The translations under genes were made by a program, and so were the position numbers. Shown piece after piece: positions 26,278 to 39,345 of a stretch of DNA of 64,000 bases. The DNA is from Vicugna vicugna (Eukaryota): NCBI GenBank assembly GCA_013265495.1, contig MU058650.1, positions 647,394-711,393 of the forward strand, in the 5' to 3' direction. Each line of letters starts with the position of its first letter. Position 1 is the first letter of the stretch. The notes below the pieces were generated by a model, which made no database searches, was not told the origin of the DNA, and worked only from the letters and a program-made list of their open reading frames with translations.

Positions 26278-26719
26278 TGTAATAGATTAAGACACCAAAA
26301 TGTGTTTTAATACTTCATAGTGTTACAGGCTGAATTTATCTGAGGCAGAAAGATACATTGCCGGGAAAAACACACATGTTGTTCTGAAAAGCATGTGGGA
26401 GGGAAGCTGAAACCCCAAGACCTTAGTGTTCACTTGGCACCAATGCTTCCCCAAAATGAAGGAAGTTATTTTGTATAATAGAAGGCAAAGGGGTTGGAGC
26501 TCCTGGAATAAATCCAGGGCAGAGGGATGAAAAACGGTGTAACAGTTGGTTAAGGCATGATTTGACCTTGTCCATGATCGTATGAAATGCTGGTGCTGGT
26601 AAACTCTTTGGGGAGGAATTCACAAAGACATTTCATTACACATCTGAGTGATTGCTACAGCCTGGAGGAGCACTTTGAGGAGCCACTGAGAAACAAGGTT
26701 GAAAAGGTCCCAACTGACA

Positions 26720-26940
26720 TCTAGGTTAAAATGGTTTACAAGGCACTTTCCTATTCATAATCTGGTTAGTCTCCACAGCAACGTAAAAAAAAAAAGATGA
26801 TATTAGCATTAGTTCCATCTTATAGGCAAGGAAACTGAGGCTTAGAGATGCCAGGCATGCTGTCCAAAGTCGTGGGATCAATAAGGGATGAGCACGGTCC
26901 TCTGATGGAAGATCCTATGCCCTCCAATTTACATACATTT
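26720..26940 (-). mobile_element. MIR SINE
   Basis: ccatcttataggcaaggaaactgaggcttagaga core. Confidence 0.65.
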
Positions 26941-28824
26941 CCGCATTCCACATACACACACAGCTCCACATTCTCCTCCACTAGCACCACGCAAGTCCAC
27001 AAGCACATTCTCCTCAAACCTGCGCCTGCCCTCCTAGGGTCAGCTCCAGCCACACGTCCTCATCTAATGTCCAGTGCTCTTGGGGATTAGCACAGGTATT
27101 ATGGGAGACTGTGCTCTCCGAGTGCAGGACCATGATTCTATTCATCTTTAAATCCCCAGTGCTAAGTGGTAGATATTTTTAATATGTTTGTTGAATAAAT
27201 GCCATTTCAGTTTTACACATTTATGTGGCTTCCCATACCAACTGTGTAGGACATGAAATCATTCATTTCTTGACATCATTTGAATGAACCCCAATTTATT
27301 GGATTGAGTTTATATTGCTTCCTGATATTGGAGTTTTACAACACGGGGCTTAATTTCATCCCTTATTACATTTTTCTTTAAAAATATTGTCTATCTTCGC
27401 TCTCTAACAGTAGTGACGCCAAGGAGAGCCAGTTGGTGGGAAGTACAACTTTTAGTGTTAGACCACTAAAAGCCTGAGCTGCATCAGCCACCTTCCTTAT
27501 TATTTCTACCAGCTTAAGCTTAAACTCTTGAAGAGCAGGATGTCATTTAAATGGAAATTTTTCATTCAACTATTCATTTTATTCTTTTTCTTTTCATGTA
27601 ATCATTCAAATGAAAAACTTTTAAAACTTTGTCACCTATGAAAACTTTTACATTGGTAATTCACTGCTTCCAAACAATTCAAAGCACTTGGCTTCTGACA
27701 TGTGTGGGTGTTTGCATCTGTATTCTTTTACTGGGATAGGAGAGAGAGAATTATTTTTCCCCCATGCCCACATCTCCTACCACCATCAGCTTGTATGTGG
27801 GAGGTTGTCACTGGGGGCAGCACTGGTTGCTGCGTTGCTGGTAGGTCAGATCGCACACTCCAGCCTCGGGTTACCTCCTCCATGCACGCGCTGGGGAGAA
27901 GGCAGGCGAGAGAGGGAACTTGTTCTCTGTTATGCCAATTATCAGAAGTGGCCCCAAGAACCTAGACAAGGAAAAGGAGAAGAGGTGACCACACATCTCC
28001 TTGAGGCAGAATGGCAGAGTGGAGAGAATAAGGTCCTTGAGTTTGTGATCTTGGACCAATGACTTCACCTCTCCCAGTCCCTTTTAGCTCCCAGTGAAAA
28101 ATAAAGAGTAGGATTGTGCCTTGAAACCATCTAAGGCTCTGAAGAGATGCTTCAAGGGATGAGGGAAGGTAGCCCCCAGAGATAACATGATCCCAACTAG
28201 AAAAACTTCACCTTGGCTTATTTTATTATTGATTGGACTTAGGGGAAAGATTTAATATGACCAAAAAAAAAATTCGATGACTAAAAATATTTGAAAACCA
28301 CTGATCTACCATCCCTTTATAATTCAACATTCCTGGCCTCTGTTCTCACTCCAAAAACTATGAAATTTTCCCATTGTGCTATTCACAACTTAACAAGCCT
28401 GGCTACCTCGGCAAGTTCATAGTGCTTCTGTGGCCTTTCCCTTCAGGGGCATGTAATAGTACCTAATAGAATAAGTTTTAAGCACTTTGCCAGATGCTTT
28501 CACATTCATGACCTCATTTAACTGACATGTATTTGCTGAACTTTATCAATTTGCAACCACTAAGCTAGCTGTTCTAGGTAGTACAAAAAATAAAAATGGA
28601 AGGAAGGAAGTGATACAGCGTAGGCAATTCTGTATCAGTTTAAAGTGAAGCCATGTAGTTAGGAAGAAGAGTTCAAACCCTGGGAGAAGTGCTAAGTGCT
28701 TGGCAATGCTGACTCTACCACTGATGAATGTAAATTCCGGCAATTTCTTTAACCGATCAGCCTCCGATTTTTCAGCTGCAAGAGACTGTCTACATCAGAG
28801 GGTGACAGAGGGTGATTCTTTGGG

Positions 28825-29070
28825 TTAATAATAATATTTAACATGTATCGAGGGCTTAAAATAGGCCCGGTACTCTAAGTCTTTTACATGTATAATCTAA
28901 TGTAATCCTTACAACAACCAAACAAGGTTATTATTAGCTCTAGTTTACATATGAAATAATAACTAAAGCACAGAGAAGCTTTTCCAAACAAACACAGCTA
29001 GTAGGCAAATGAGCTCGCTTTCAAACTCAGAGCCTCTAACTCCAGAGCACACCAGTGCAGCCATGGCACC
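28825..29070 (-). mobile_element. MIR SINE
   Basis: taatccttacaacaacc...tttacatatgaaataataactaaagcacagaga...tctaactccagagc. Confidence 0.7.
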
Positions 29071-29937
29071 AGGCGATGATGCACGGTGAGCATCAGACAC
29101 GGCTGACAGCAAAGGAGTTACTCACTGATGACTAAGTCCTTTCTCTCTGAGACTGATTCCACTCCCTTTTAAATAACAACTCAGCACACTGGAAGCCACA
29201 AATAAGAGCTTAAGTGCACATACGTGCTACCCGTTCTGCAACGGGAAAGAAGAGAACAAATTGTCTGCCAGTGGGAGAAATTCATTAAGGAGTGGACTTC
29301 TAGCTGGATCTTGCCGAAAGGGTGGGTGTGGGAAGACAGAGGAGGCAGGCCAGCATTTCAGAAACGCAGACAAACATAAGCAAAGGCATGAAGCTGCTGA
29401 CAAACATGGGGATGAGGAGACGGGAAGAAAGTTGGAGACGATGCTCTGTGGCATCTTTACAGACATATCTTGCTTTAGGCCAATTTAACGTCTAGAGAAA
29501 GACCTGGATCTTCAGGGAAAACAATTAGCAATCATCGTAAGCTTAAAAAATTACTCTGCTTCTCAGGAGAGTAAACTAAAGAAGTTATCTTGAAATAAGG
29601 GCTTCGTTCCAGAACTGAAAAGTGTTTGACTTTCAGAAAACAAATGAACTTACACACTATTTAGAATATATATGTTCATTCTGAAAGCAGTGGGATACAT
29701 GCTTCTGTGAGGAATAGAAGCTTTTCCTTCAAACCAAATATTTTATAGTCTCTCAATATATAAAACGGACAGAAAAAGATAACTGCTCTGGCTGAAGCTA
29801 AAATGTGAAAAATAAAAATCTTGCTTCCTGTGTAACCCTGTGGAGCCTAGAGCAGTAAGCAGGGGCTCTTCAAGAACGGACAGCACGTCTCTAAGCCCAA
29901 GTGGTTGTGCAATTCTCTCTGTATTCAAACAATATAA

Positions 29938-30912
29938 ATTTCCAGATTATATAAACAGCTTATACAACTTAATAACACAAGCAACCTAATCCAAAAATGG
30001 GCAGAAGATCTAAACAAGCAGTTCTTCAGTGAAGACATGCGAATGACCAAGAGCCACATGAAAAAATGCTCAATATCACTAATTATCAAAGAAATGCAAG
30101 ACAAAACTACAGTGAGGTATCACCTCACACCAGCCAGAATGGCCATCATTCGAAAGTCCACAAAGGTTAAATGCTGGAGAGGGTGGGGAGAAAACTGAGC
30201 CCTCCTACGGTGTTGATGGGAATGTAGTTTGACGAAGACATTATGGAAAACAGTATGGAGATTCCTCAAAAAACAAAAAACACACTTACCATGTGATCCA
30301 GCAATCCCAATTCTGGGTATATATCCAGAGGGAACTCTAATTTGAAAAGATACATGCACCCCAATGTTCATAGCAGCACTATTTACAATAGCCAAGAGAG
30401 AAGCAACCTAAATGTCCAACAGATGACTAAGAAACTGTGGTATATTTATACAATGGAATACTACTCTGCCATAAAAAAGAATAAAATAATTCCATTTGCA
30501 GCAATATGGATGGACTTGGAGAATGCCATTCTAAGTGAAGTAAACCAGAAAGATAAAGAAAAATACCACATGATATCACTCATATGTGGAATCTTAAAAA
30601 AAGGACACCGTGAACTCATCTACAAAACAAAAACAGACTCGCAGACATAGTAAACAATCTTATGGTTCCTGGGGAAAGGGGGTGGGAAGGGATAAATTTG
30701 GGAGTTTGAGATTTACAAATGTTAGCCACTATATATAAAAATAGATTTTTTAAGTTTCTTTTGTGTAGCACAGGGAACTATGTTCAATATCTTGTAATAA
30801 TCTCTAATGGAAAAAATATGAAAACAAATATATGTATGTATATGCATGACTGGGATATTGTGTTGTACACCAGAAATTGACACATTGTAACTAACTGTAC
30901 TTCAATAAAAAA
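29938..30912 (+). mobile_element. 5'-truncated young L1 (~1 kb)
   Basis: ORF 30342-30650 ends in the ORF2 C-terminus ([21 protein letters not shown]...LICGI); 3'UTR ends ttcaataaaaaa. Confidence 0.94.
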
Positions 30913-32385
30913 CATATATAATAACTGAGCAGCCTGTCTGGCTAATGTTGGTTGTGTAATGTTACCGTTGGCCAGGGTTTGAACTCAAACAGCAATAACA
31001 GGTGGCAGAAGTAGAGCTGATGGTCACTGCCAACCTGAAGCCAGGTAAAGGTCACATCAGCCTGTGTAGTATCTTTTGTTAAGTAATATTTTCCTTGGCT
31101 TTTTAATTTCTACTTTTGTGTGTGTAATTGTTACTTTTCCATACCATTTCTTGTAAGTTGAAAAAAATGATACCCAGAGAGACAATGTCAGTTTTCTTCA
31201 TGAATATGGGACAAAACCAACTTGAGTTTTTTTTCTCCTCTGCTCTTTTACTGGTGAACAGGACTTTCTGTTCTATGCTGAGAAGCATACCCAAGTTCTC
31301 TCACTGACTCTCATTTTGTGGAGAATCACGCACCACATCAAAAGAACTGGAAGACTGGTATTTCTGCAATGTACAAGGACATCAGGCACTTGAGAAATTC
31401 AGGTCTGCCCAATTGCTAGATTATTAAAAACCATTAACAGAAGAGCAGCAATTTCCTTTCTCTAAAAGCAGGTTCCGTTGGGCCCTGTAGAATCATTTCA
31501 CTCACTAATAATCAGAACTCTAGTCCCACCGGGATGCCTGCACAAAACGAAATGAAATGTGCAGTCTCATCCATCCCCAAAAGGAGTCTGAGCCCATCCA
31601 CCAGGAGTTCTTAAATTATCCGCACGTTGCTTTCACTATGGTAGAAATTGGTGAGGAAATCGCCCTCTTGCATGCTCCCTCAGAGTAGTCACGTTTTGCT
31701 CTTCCATTACAAAGGGCTATTAACATTTTACAAGCAAGAGAAGATCCAAGGTGTATATGTAGAGACAAAGTTGGGAGCACAAAGGACATCTTATTCCAGA
31801 CAGTGCAAGTCCTGGAAAGCTGTTCTGAAGGCGGCAGGACAGGCACGTCCCAGAGGAAGCTGGGGGGAGGAAAGAAATTCATTGTGGAGTCAGCTTACTA
31901 TACTCTACACACTGTGCCAGGCAGTGCACGTGCGGGGGGAGCTCATCACTGAGACCTTCACAACCCCCTTGGCAGCCACCTTCCACTGCCTTCCATGTCC
32001 CCCTTGCCTCCAATAGTCAGGGCCCTCGGGTACTTTCCTGTGAGTTCCACCTGCTCTTCCCAGAAAAGTTTACCTATGGACCTTTCCTGAGCTCTTCCTC
32101 TGTTCTCATCCAAAGCCCTTTCCCCAAGGTCTGCCTAGGTAACAGCTAATCTGTTCAAGCTAATCTATTTAATATATTATTGAGTTTCCTCTCCCAGACT
32201 CTACCTCAAGAACATGGTGGCCTGGCAGACAAATCCAAGATCTTTACTTCCAAGGGAATTTGGGGCCCGATGAGAAATCAGGAGATAGAAGAATATGGCT
32301 GCTCAAATCAAGGTCAAAATCTTGAACTATTGGGAGGCCTTGAGTTTTTTAAAAACATGAGTCATTAAAAACTTTGGCCTCACTT

Positions 32386-32926
32386 GAAGTTGTGGTATAT
32401 TTATACAATGGAATACTACTCAGCCATAAAAATGATAAAATAATGCCATTTGCAGCAACATGGATGGCCCTGGAGATCGTCATTCTAAGTGAAGTAAGTC
32501 AGAAAGAGAAAGAAAAATACCATATGATATCACTCATATCTGAACTCTAAAGAAAAAAGACAATTGAACTTATATATAAAACAGAAAGAGACTCACAGAC
32601 TTGTTGGGGGGGTGGGAAGGAATAGACTGGGAGTTCGAGATTTGCAGATACCGACAGGTATATATAGAATAGATAAACAAGTTTATCCTGTATAGCACAG
32701 GGAAATATATTCAATATCTAGTAGTAGCTCATGGTGAAAAAGAATATGAAAATGTATGAAATGAATATGTTCATGTATGACTAAAGAATTGTGCTGTACA
32801 CCAGAAATTGACACATTGTAAATTGACTATAATGCAATAAAAATATTTTTTAATTAAAAAAAAAACATTGGAATTCTTAGAACACACACACACGCACACA
32901 CACACAAAAGAAGAAGAAGAAAAAAG
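32386..32926 (+). mobile_element. 5'-truncated young L1 with extra 3' segment
   Basis: ORF2 end + 3'UTR; TSD aaacttt(g/a)gcctcactt at 32369-32385 and 32927-32943. Confidence 0.93.
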
Positions 32927-35224
32927 AAACTTTAGCCTCACTTAAGACTGGATTCCCCGTGGTCTTCAGGAACCCTGTGCCCTCCTTTCCCTCTTTTCAT
33001 TCTCATCATACTCTCATCTCCAGAGTGCTGATTTTGTTTTTGTTTAAGCTTTTGCCCTTGTTTTGGCAAAAACAAAACAAAAACCACCACGAATATTCAC
33101 AAGAACATGTTTGTTTGACAATGTTCACCTTCTTGTAAAAATGAAAGGACAAAAGAGTCAACCAGACATCATAACAAGATCAGTTAAGAGTCTGTCCTCA
33201 TGCAGGTAGAGGTGTAGTTTAGGATTTTAATCCCTGATGCAAGCAGGATATGCCCAGCCCTCTTCTTGTTACAATTATAATGCTCTAAAATATAACAAGC
33301 TTATTGAAACTATTACATAATGAGGAGTAAATTAGAACATAGCTGTTTATCAATCCAAATTTTCCTCCACGCAAAACATATGAGATGCCTTGGGGGAAAT
33401 GCAGCAAAACAGAGGGGCTATAAATTGAAGCTAAGGCTGACTTTTTCAGAATGAGAATGGTTTCTGAAATACTCCAGTAGGATAAGAATTAGAATCCTGA
33501 AATCACTGGCTATAAACTTTTATGTTCACACAGCACCAAAGTTTCTGGCTCCAAAGAGAAGTTAGCCTCGAAAGCAAAGAAACAAGCTTGCATTTGCTCT
33601 CCAGGGCAAGTTGAGAGTAGGCTGATGAAACCAGCCTGGGAGTTGTCACAGATCAATTATATATTCAACTTTCTTACCCACATAATCCCCGTGCGTTCTC
33701 TCCTGAAATTTCAGAGGATTTCAGGAGAGAAAATGAAAAGAGTCCGAAGTATCAGGAAACATAATCAGAAGGGGGAGAAAGATCCGTAAGTATGAGGAAG
33801 TATGACTAATCGTACTTATTTTTACTTGCCTCTAGAATGAGTGGCCCAGGCTGGAAGGTGTGATCTTCCTTTTATCTGAAATTATCCGGCATCCTACTGC
33901 CAGATTCAGCTTCCTCAGAAAAGATCTGATCATGTCAGACACAGAGCAAAGGAGTTTCGAGGCTGTCGATCTGCCTCCTCCAACTGCGTTTAGAAAACTC
34001 CGTCCTCCTCGAATGCTTTCACATTTCGCACTCCGTGGGGAAAGAGGACAGGAAAACAATGGATTCAGTAATTCTCTTCAGATGTATCAAGCATCTCACC
34101 CTACTAAATTTTACCTGGAATCCGGTTTCTAGGGATAAATGAAAGCCTGTGATCACCCAGAACACTTTTACTGTCAAGGCGTAGGGTGTGGTTCTTTAAG
34201 ACCCAATGCTGTCCTTCTAAAACATTCTCTAAATCCCCATTAGCTCTCCAGACATACATTCAAAGACAACCTATCTATACATATCGTTCAAAGGTAAATA
34301 AAAGAAAGGCCATTTATAATAAAAAATTATATATTTTTTTAATATTTAAAGCGGGACGCAGGGCAAATCTCTGTGATAACAGCTCCCCATATAATACAGT
34401 CTGTCTAGCTTCCCTTGCAATGCCAGTAAGTAACCCCCCATCGTATGACAACCAAATCCTCCCACAAACTTCTTAAAGGCTCCTACCAGCTCTGCGAAGA
34501 AGCACTGATCCAGCTGGCCTGCAAAAGACTTGCCGTAACAACAGCTGACACAGAAAGGGTCACTCTGTCATCCTTGGATGGAGGCCCCGTTCCTCAAGGA
34601 AAGGTGATACCAATCCAGCAGCCGAGGCTATTGCTTTTGCTCCAGCCCTAATTTCTAAATGGATCTTGTCACTCAGTTAACCCCAAATAAATGTTTTAAA
34701 ATTGTGTTAATTGTGAATGAAAATCTCAGGATGAAAAGTTAAACTTCATGCAGTAAAAATTGGGTTGTTATGACACGAAACATCTGAGTATTTACAAATA
34801 TAGACTTTTTGCCATGTATCTAGATCATGGATATCCACGTAACATGCAGGTGACTGAACAAAGTTTCATCTGAATTATTTCATGTTTTATAGACCAGAGA
34901 GGATATATATGTCTGATGTTGGTCAACGCCCATCCAATCCTGGAATAGAGATGCCTCTTACACATGGAAAAGAATTGCTTTTGTAGGAAGCAGTTTGCAT
35001 TTTCATTACATTTTCTGTATTCCCCAACACAACCCTACCCTCTTTTGAGACGTTACATTTCCAAGGTAGCATTCATTCATTCACTCATTCTTCAGAATTT
35101 ACTGGATAGCTCTTACAAACCAGTAAGCTCAGACTTACACTTAGAAGTCAGACATGAAAAATAATTACAACACGTAACAATGCTTCAATAATGCAGTTAC
35201 ATAATAAGTTCAGTGTCACCATGA

Positions 35225-35445
35225 GTAAGGCTGAGTAAGGGTTCTAAAGTCAGGCTGCCAGGTCCAAATGCCAGTTTTTCTATTCATTTACTCTGTAATC
35301 ATGGGCAACTCACTGTGCCTCCTTTTCCTCAGCTATAAAATGGGGAAAATAATGCAATCAAAACTTTATGGATTTCATAGAGTTGTAAAGATTAAAATGC
35401 ATATGGAATGCATTTAGATTATGCTCATTAAGTGTTATTATTATT
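35225..35445 (+). mobile_element. MIR SINE
   Basis: ctgtaatcatgggcaac...ctgtgcctccttttcctcagctataaaatgggga. Confidence 0.7.
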
Positions 35446-37509
35446 GCTAAATGGATGCAGACAGAAAGGATTTTATTTTAATGTACTAAAAGGAGCAAAG
35501 GCTCTTCTGGAGATTTTGATTAATATCCTAAATATTGGAAGTTTTCCAAAATAATGTTATCCTCCTCCCAACTTCCTTGCCAGTTCTCCAGTGTTCTGGG
35601 CAGGACCAAAAATCAGTTTAAAGATGGTAAAACAATCTGACTGGCCATTGATAAGAGAAGAGTTAAATGAGTTAGAGATCTTTTATCTCTGTTCACCATC
35701 GTGTCTCAGGACTAGCCCAGGAACTCAATGACTATTTGCTAAATAAATGACAAGAGGAATGGAACCTTATTTAGCCACCAAAATATTCATATAAGTACTT
35801 CATTATTGGTATAAAGCCCATTTAGATATTAAATAAAAAATAGCTACAAAAAAGAATTTGATCCTTGGTTTTGCCTTTAAAAAGTTTATTTATATGAATA
35901 CAAATGCATAAATTCTGAGAAAATGCATACCACAGCGGTAACAACAGCCTCTTAGTAATCAGATTAGGATTGGCCTTTGCTTTCCTCTTACTGAATTTCA
36001 CGGTATCTTTTTGCAGAAAAAAAAAAAAAGGGAATGATGCTTATTTAATGGGACACTAATGAGCAGCTGAATGGCCAGAGGTAAAGAGGAAAAACAGTAA
36101 TAAAGGGTAAAAATTATTCACAAACAGGTTACTGGCCTAGTCCAGCATTGGCTATGATACACACAAACCTTTGAAAATTATACTGAAATTATGTATTGCT
36201 AGCATTTCTGCTTTCCATAGATAATTATCTTTCTACCTGCCTTAGATACCCACTTTGGTTGACAGTTGGTCTTACCACTACAAGCACACCATTGAGAATT
36301 TATTATTGCTAGTCCATTGTAATTGGCCATTTCCAATGGATTACCCATTCCATCTTGGTTTAAAAACAGAATACTGAAGTCTGAATTTTTTAATCCCTTT
36401 CAGTTACTTCAGAGCTACCCTGTCGCATGGATCAACCAATTAATAGCCTTATCCTTGTTTACAATGAAAGAATTGTGAATTAACTGAGTCCAAGGGCTTT
36501 CTGGCAACGTAATGGTTAAAATTCCTAAGGGTTTGCTGCCTCTTTCTGGCAAATGAAAACTGAATTACGTAACCTAGCTCATACATTGAGGACAAAGTAT
36601 AATTACTATGAAATGACAAGTCAACTATGAAGGAACCATAGCGGGAGAATTTGCATTTGAACACTTCTATTAGAAGTTGCATGCACAGTGTACAAAGGAG
36701 GTCTGAATTCAACTCTCTGGGTTATCAGCCTGTTTAACACTGCAGTGAAAGGGTGAAATAGACATTTGAGGAAGACGCATTTTCTTTGATAAAAATCAGA
36801 ATCTTCACTGAAATTTCTGATGCATCATGCCACATAAGGACAGCTTGATAGAGCAAATGCTGCTCCCCGTATGTCAGCAGAAGCAGTGTTTTGACAGTTC
36901 ATGGCATATTTTTCAGGTCTCCTGAGACCTCCGGGATTGCATTAAAGGACGGATTTAGTCTTGTTCCTATGGAAACCGTAACTACTCGGTAAGCCTGTTA
37001 AACAAGACAGTTTACAACATGGTATCTTTTTCGGGATGAACTGTCTTTGCAATATATCACTGATAAATTTTTCAATCTGGATTTCGACATCTGTCCAAGA
37101 AGACTCCAAATCTGTGATGACTCTGCCAGAAAGGGGTCAGCTGGCCACAGCGTAAACACGCTCCATCGCACTCAGGTTCCTGCGCCAGAACTCAGAAAGG
37201 CCTCTCGCTTTAAGGGAAAAGGATTCTGCTCAGAACCCAGGAATAACATTCTTACTCCGAACACCTCATAAGACATCAGCATTTTCTTAACTACCTTTTA
37301 TTCGCATTCCTGTGAATTTCCCCACTTTTCCTCCTTATAAAAAGATGAAAGCATTTAAAGTTAAACTGACTTAAGGCTTAAGAAACATGAAACATGTGTC
37401 ATCTCTTCTCCTTTCTAGCTGTGACTATTTACACGGGTGTACGAAACTACACCTTCTACTCTTACACCTCTAGCCTCCATCACAATGCCCAGCACACAGG
37501 AGAAAAAGC

Positions 37510-37770
37510 AGTAATAGTAATATGGTAACACTATCAAACATCACTTTTATCGAGCAACAGCTGTGTTCCAAACAGTATGCTTAATGTTTTGCATGAATTA
37601 TTTAATTCTCACTACAGCCCTACGAGTAGATACTTTGATTAGCTCCAAAGCACAGATAAGAAAACTAAATTTTAGTAGGGCCTGGAAACTTGGCCAGCAT
37701 CCTACAGCTAGTAAAATGTCTGGAAATGGAATTAAAAGTTTGGCCTATCTGATTACAAACCCTGTGATCC
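37510..37770 (-). mobile_element. MIR SINE, interrupted at one end by an LTR
   Basis: atttaattctcactacagccctacgagtagatact...cacagataagaaaact. Confidence 0.7.
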
Positions 37771-38330
37771 TGATGAGGTGGGAAGCTCCATAAAAAGACT
37801 GGCAGGACCCCAAGGCAAGACCACTACTCTCCTGCCCGCAGCATCCGTTCCCTGGCTCAGAGGCTCTGTCTCACTTTTTGCCTCTGAAACTGGCTTGCTT
37901 CTAGGAAAGTGGAACTTACCCGTAAAATTCTGTTGGTTCCCTGAGCTCACTCCTGATTGGTTCTTTCTTTCACTCCTGATTGGTCCGTTTGTAGTACTTT
38001 ATTTGCGTGGAGCTCACTCCTGATTGGTTATTTCTCTCCCTCCTGATGGGTCCATTTCTACAAAGCTTGTTCCTAATTAGTTAACTTTTGTTATACCTTA
38101 TTTGCATATGATGTTGCAAAGTGTAAACTGGCAGCCTACAAAAGCCTCTGTAAACCTACAAAGGGGGTCCAGAGCTTGGAGTGTTAACTCCACTGGGCCT
38201 GGTGGCATACTAAACCTGAGTTCTCCAACCCTCCCAGTGCTACTTGGTCTCTCGCCCAGATCCAGGTTGCTGTCACAATTGAGCTGTAACACCGAGCTAT
38301 AACACCGGGCTGTAACACTGGGCTATAACA
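37771..38330 (+). mobile_element. Solo LTR, family B, with CCAAT-box repeats
   Basis: TG...CA ends; repeated ctgattgg; degenerate TATA (tacaaaag ~38137) and poly-A signal (actaaa 38209); 13-bp terminal tandem array; TSD not clearly readable. Confidence 0.8.
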
Positions 38331-39345
38331 CATTTTTCTGCAACACTGACACTGTGCTCTTCTGCATACTGGTAAATGAATAAATACTTAATGGTTCAAC
38401 TTCTCTGAATCTTTGTTTTCCAATCTCTAAAATAATAGGGATGGTTCTTACTTTACAGGGGACTTGTGATGATTCTGTGGTTTACTTTATAAGCCATAAG
38501 AACTATACAGATTTCCACAGTAATATTATTATTGGCTTCCTGAATTTGCAAACCTGTACCATCTGGGTACAACAAAAGAACAGTGCTTGAACGTCTTGTG
38601 TTTTGCATGTGGGTAAGTTGCTTTTAATAATAAAGTATTGAAAGCATCACATAAACAGTGAATTTCAAAGAAATAAGAGTATGAGTAAGTTGGACATTAA
38701 CTCTAATGACAAAGTATCTCTGTTTCACGTTTTTCATCTTGCTCTATACCAAGTGCATAGAGATCTGAGGGCTAGAAAAAGTCTCCGTAAAACTGACAGC
38801 ATCCTTTTAGCCAGAGCTGGTTACCGCTCCAAAGCAAAGGGTGAACAAATGTTGCAGTATTCATTGTAGAGGAACTGGGTTACAGATCAGCACAGAGCAG
38901 AGCAAAGCTGTGAGCAGCCCACAGGCACCATTTGTTGTTTAATTGATGACATAGCTGATGATGGTGTGTATCTTTGTGCACACAGGTGCTTGAGTATCAG
39001 AGACTACCCTTTGTTTCTAGTTGGTACTTGAAAGAGCTGTCACTCTTTGCAAGTCATTGTCCTAAGAGGATGAACACCCAGATGCTGAGTGAAACCAGAG
39101 GACCAAAGACCTCAACAGTTCCACCCGAACATTCCACTGAGCCACATGGGACTGCGACCAGCAGAAATTTGGGGACAGGCCCCAAGCCGGTGTGGCAGGC
39201 AGTAAAACAGATTCCACTTCAAGTCCCAGCTCCGACCTCTAACTAGTCGTGTGGTCCTGGACAAACTACTTCACTTTTATATATCCCTAATTTGTAAAGT
39301 AGAAATAATAACAGTACCAGTGTTGAAAATAAAAAAGCATGCCAG

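Noticed and set aside
33860..34132. 90-aa CpG-retaining ORF
   Set aside because: Non-ATG start, no recognisable homology and no clear exon boundaries.
38281..38330. CRISPR-like short repeats
   Set aside because: Directly tandem 13-mers without spacers, inside a mammalian LTR.
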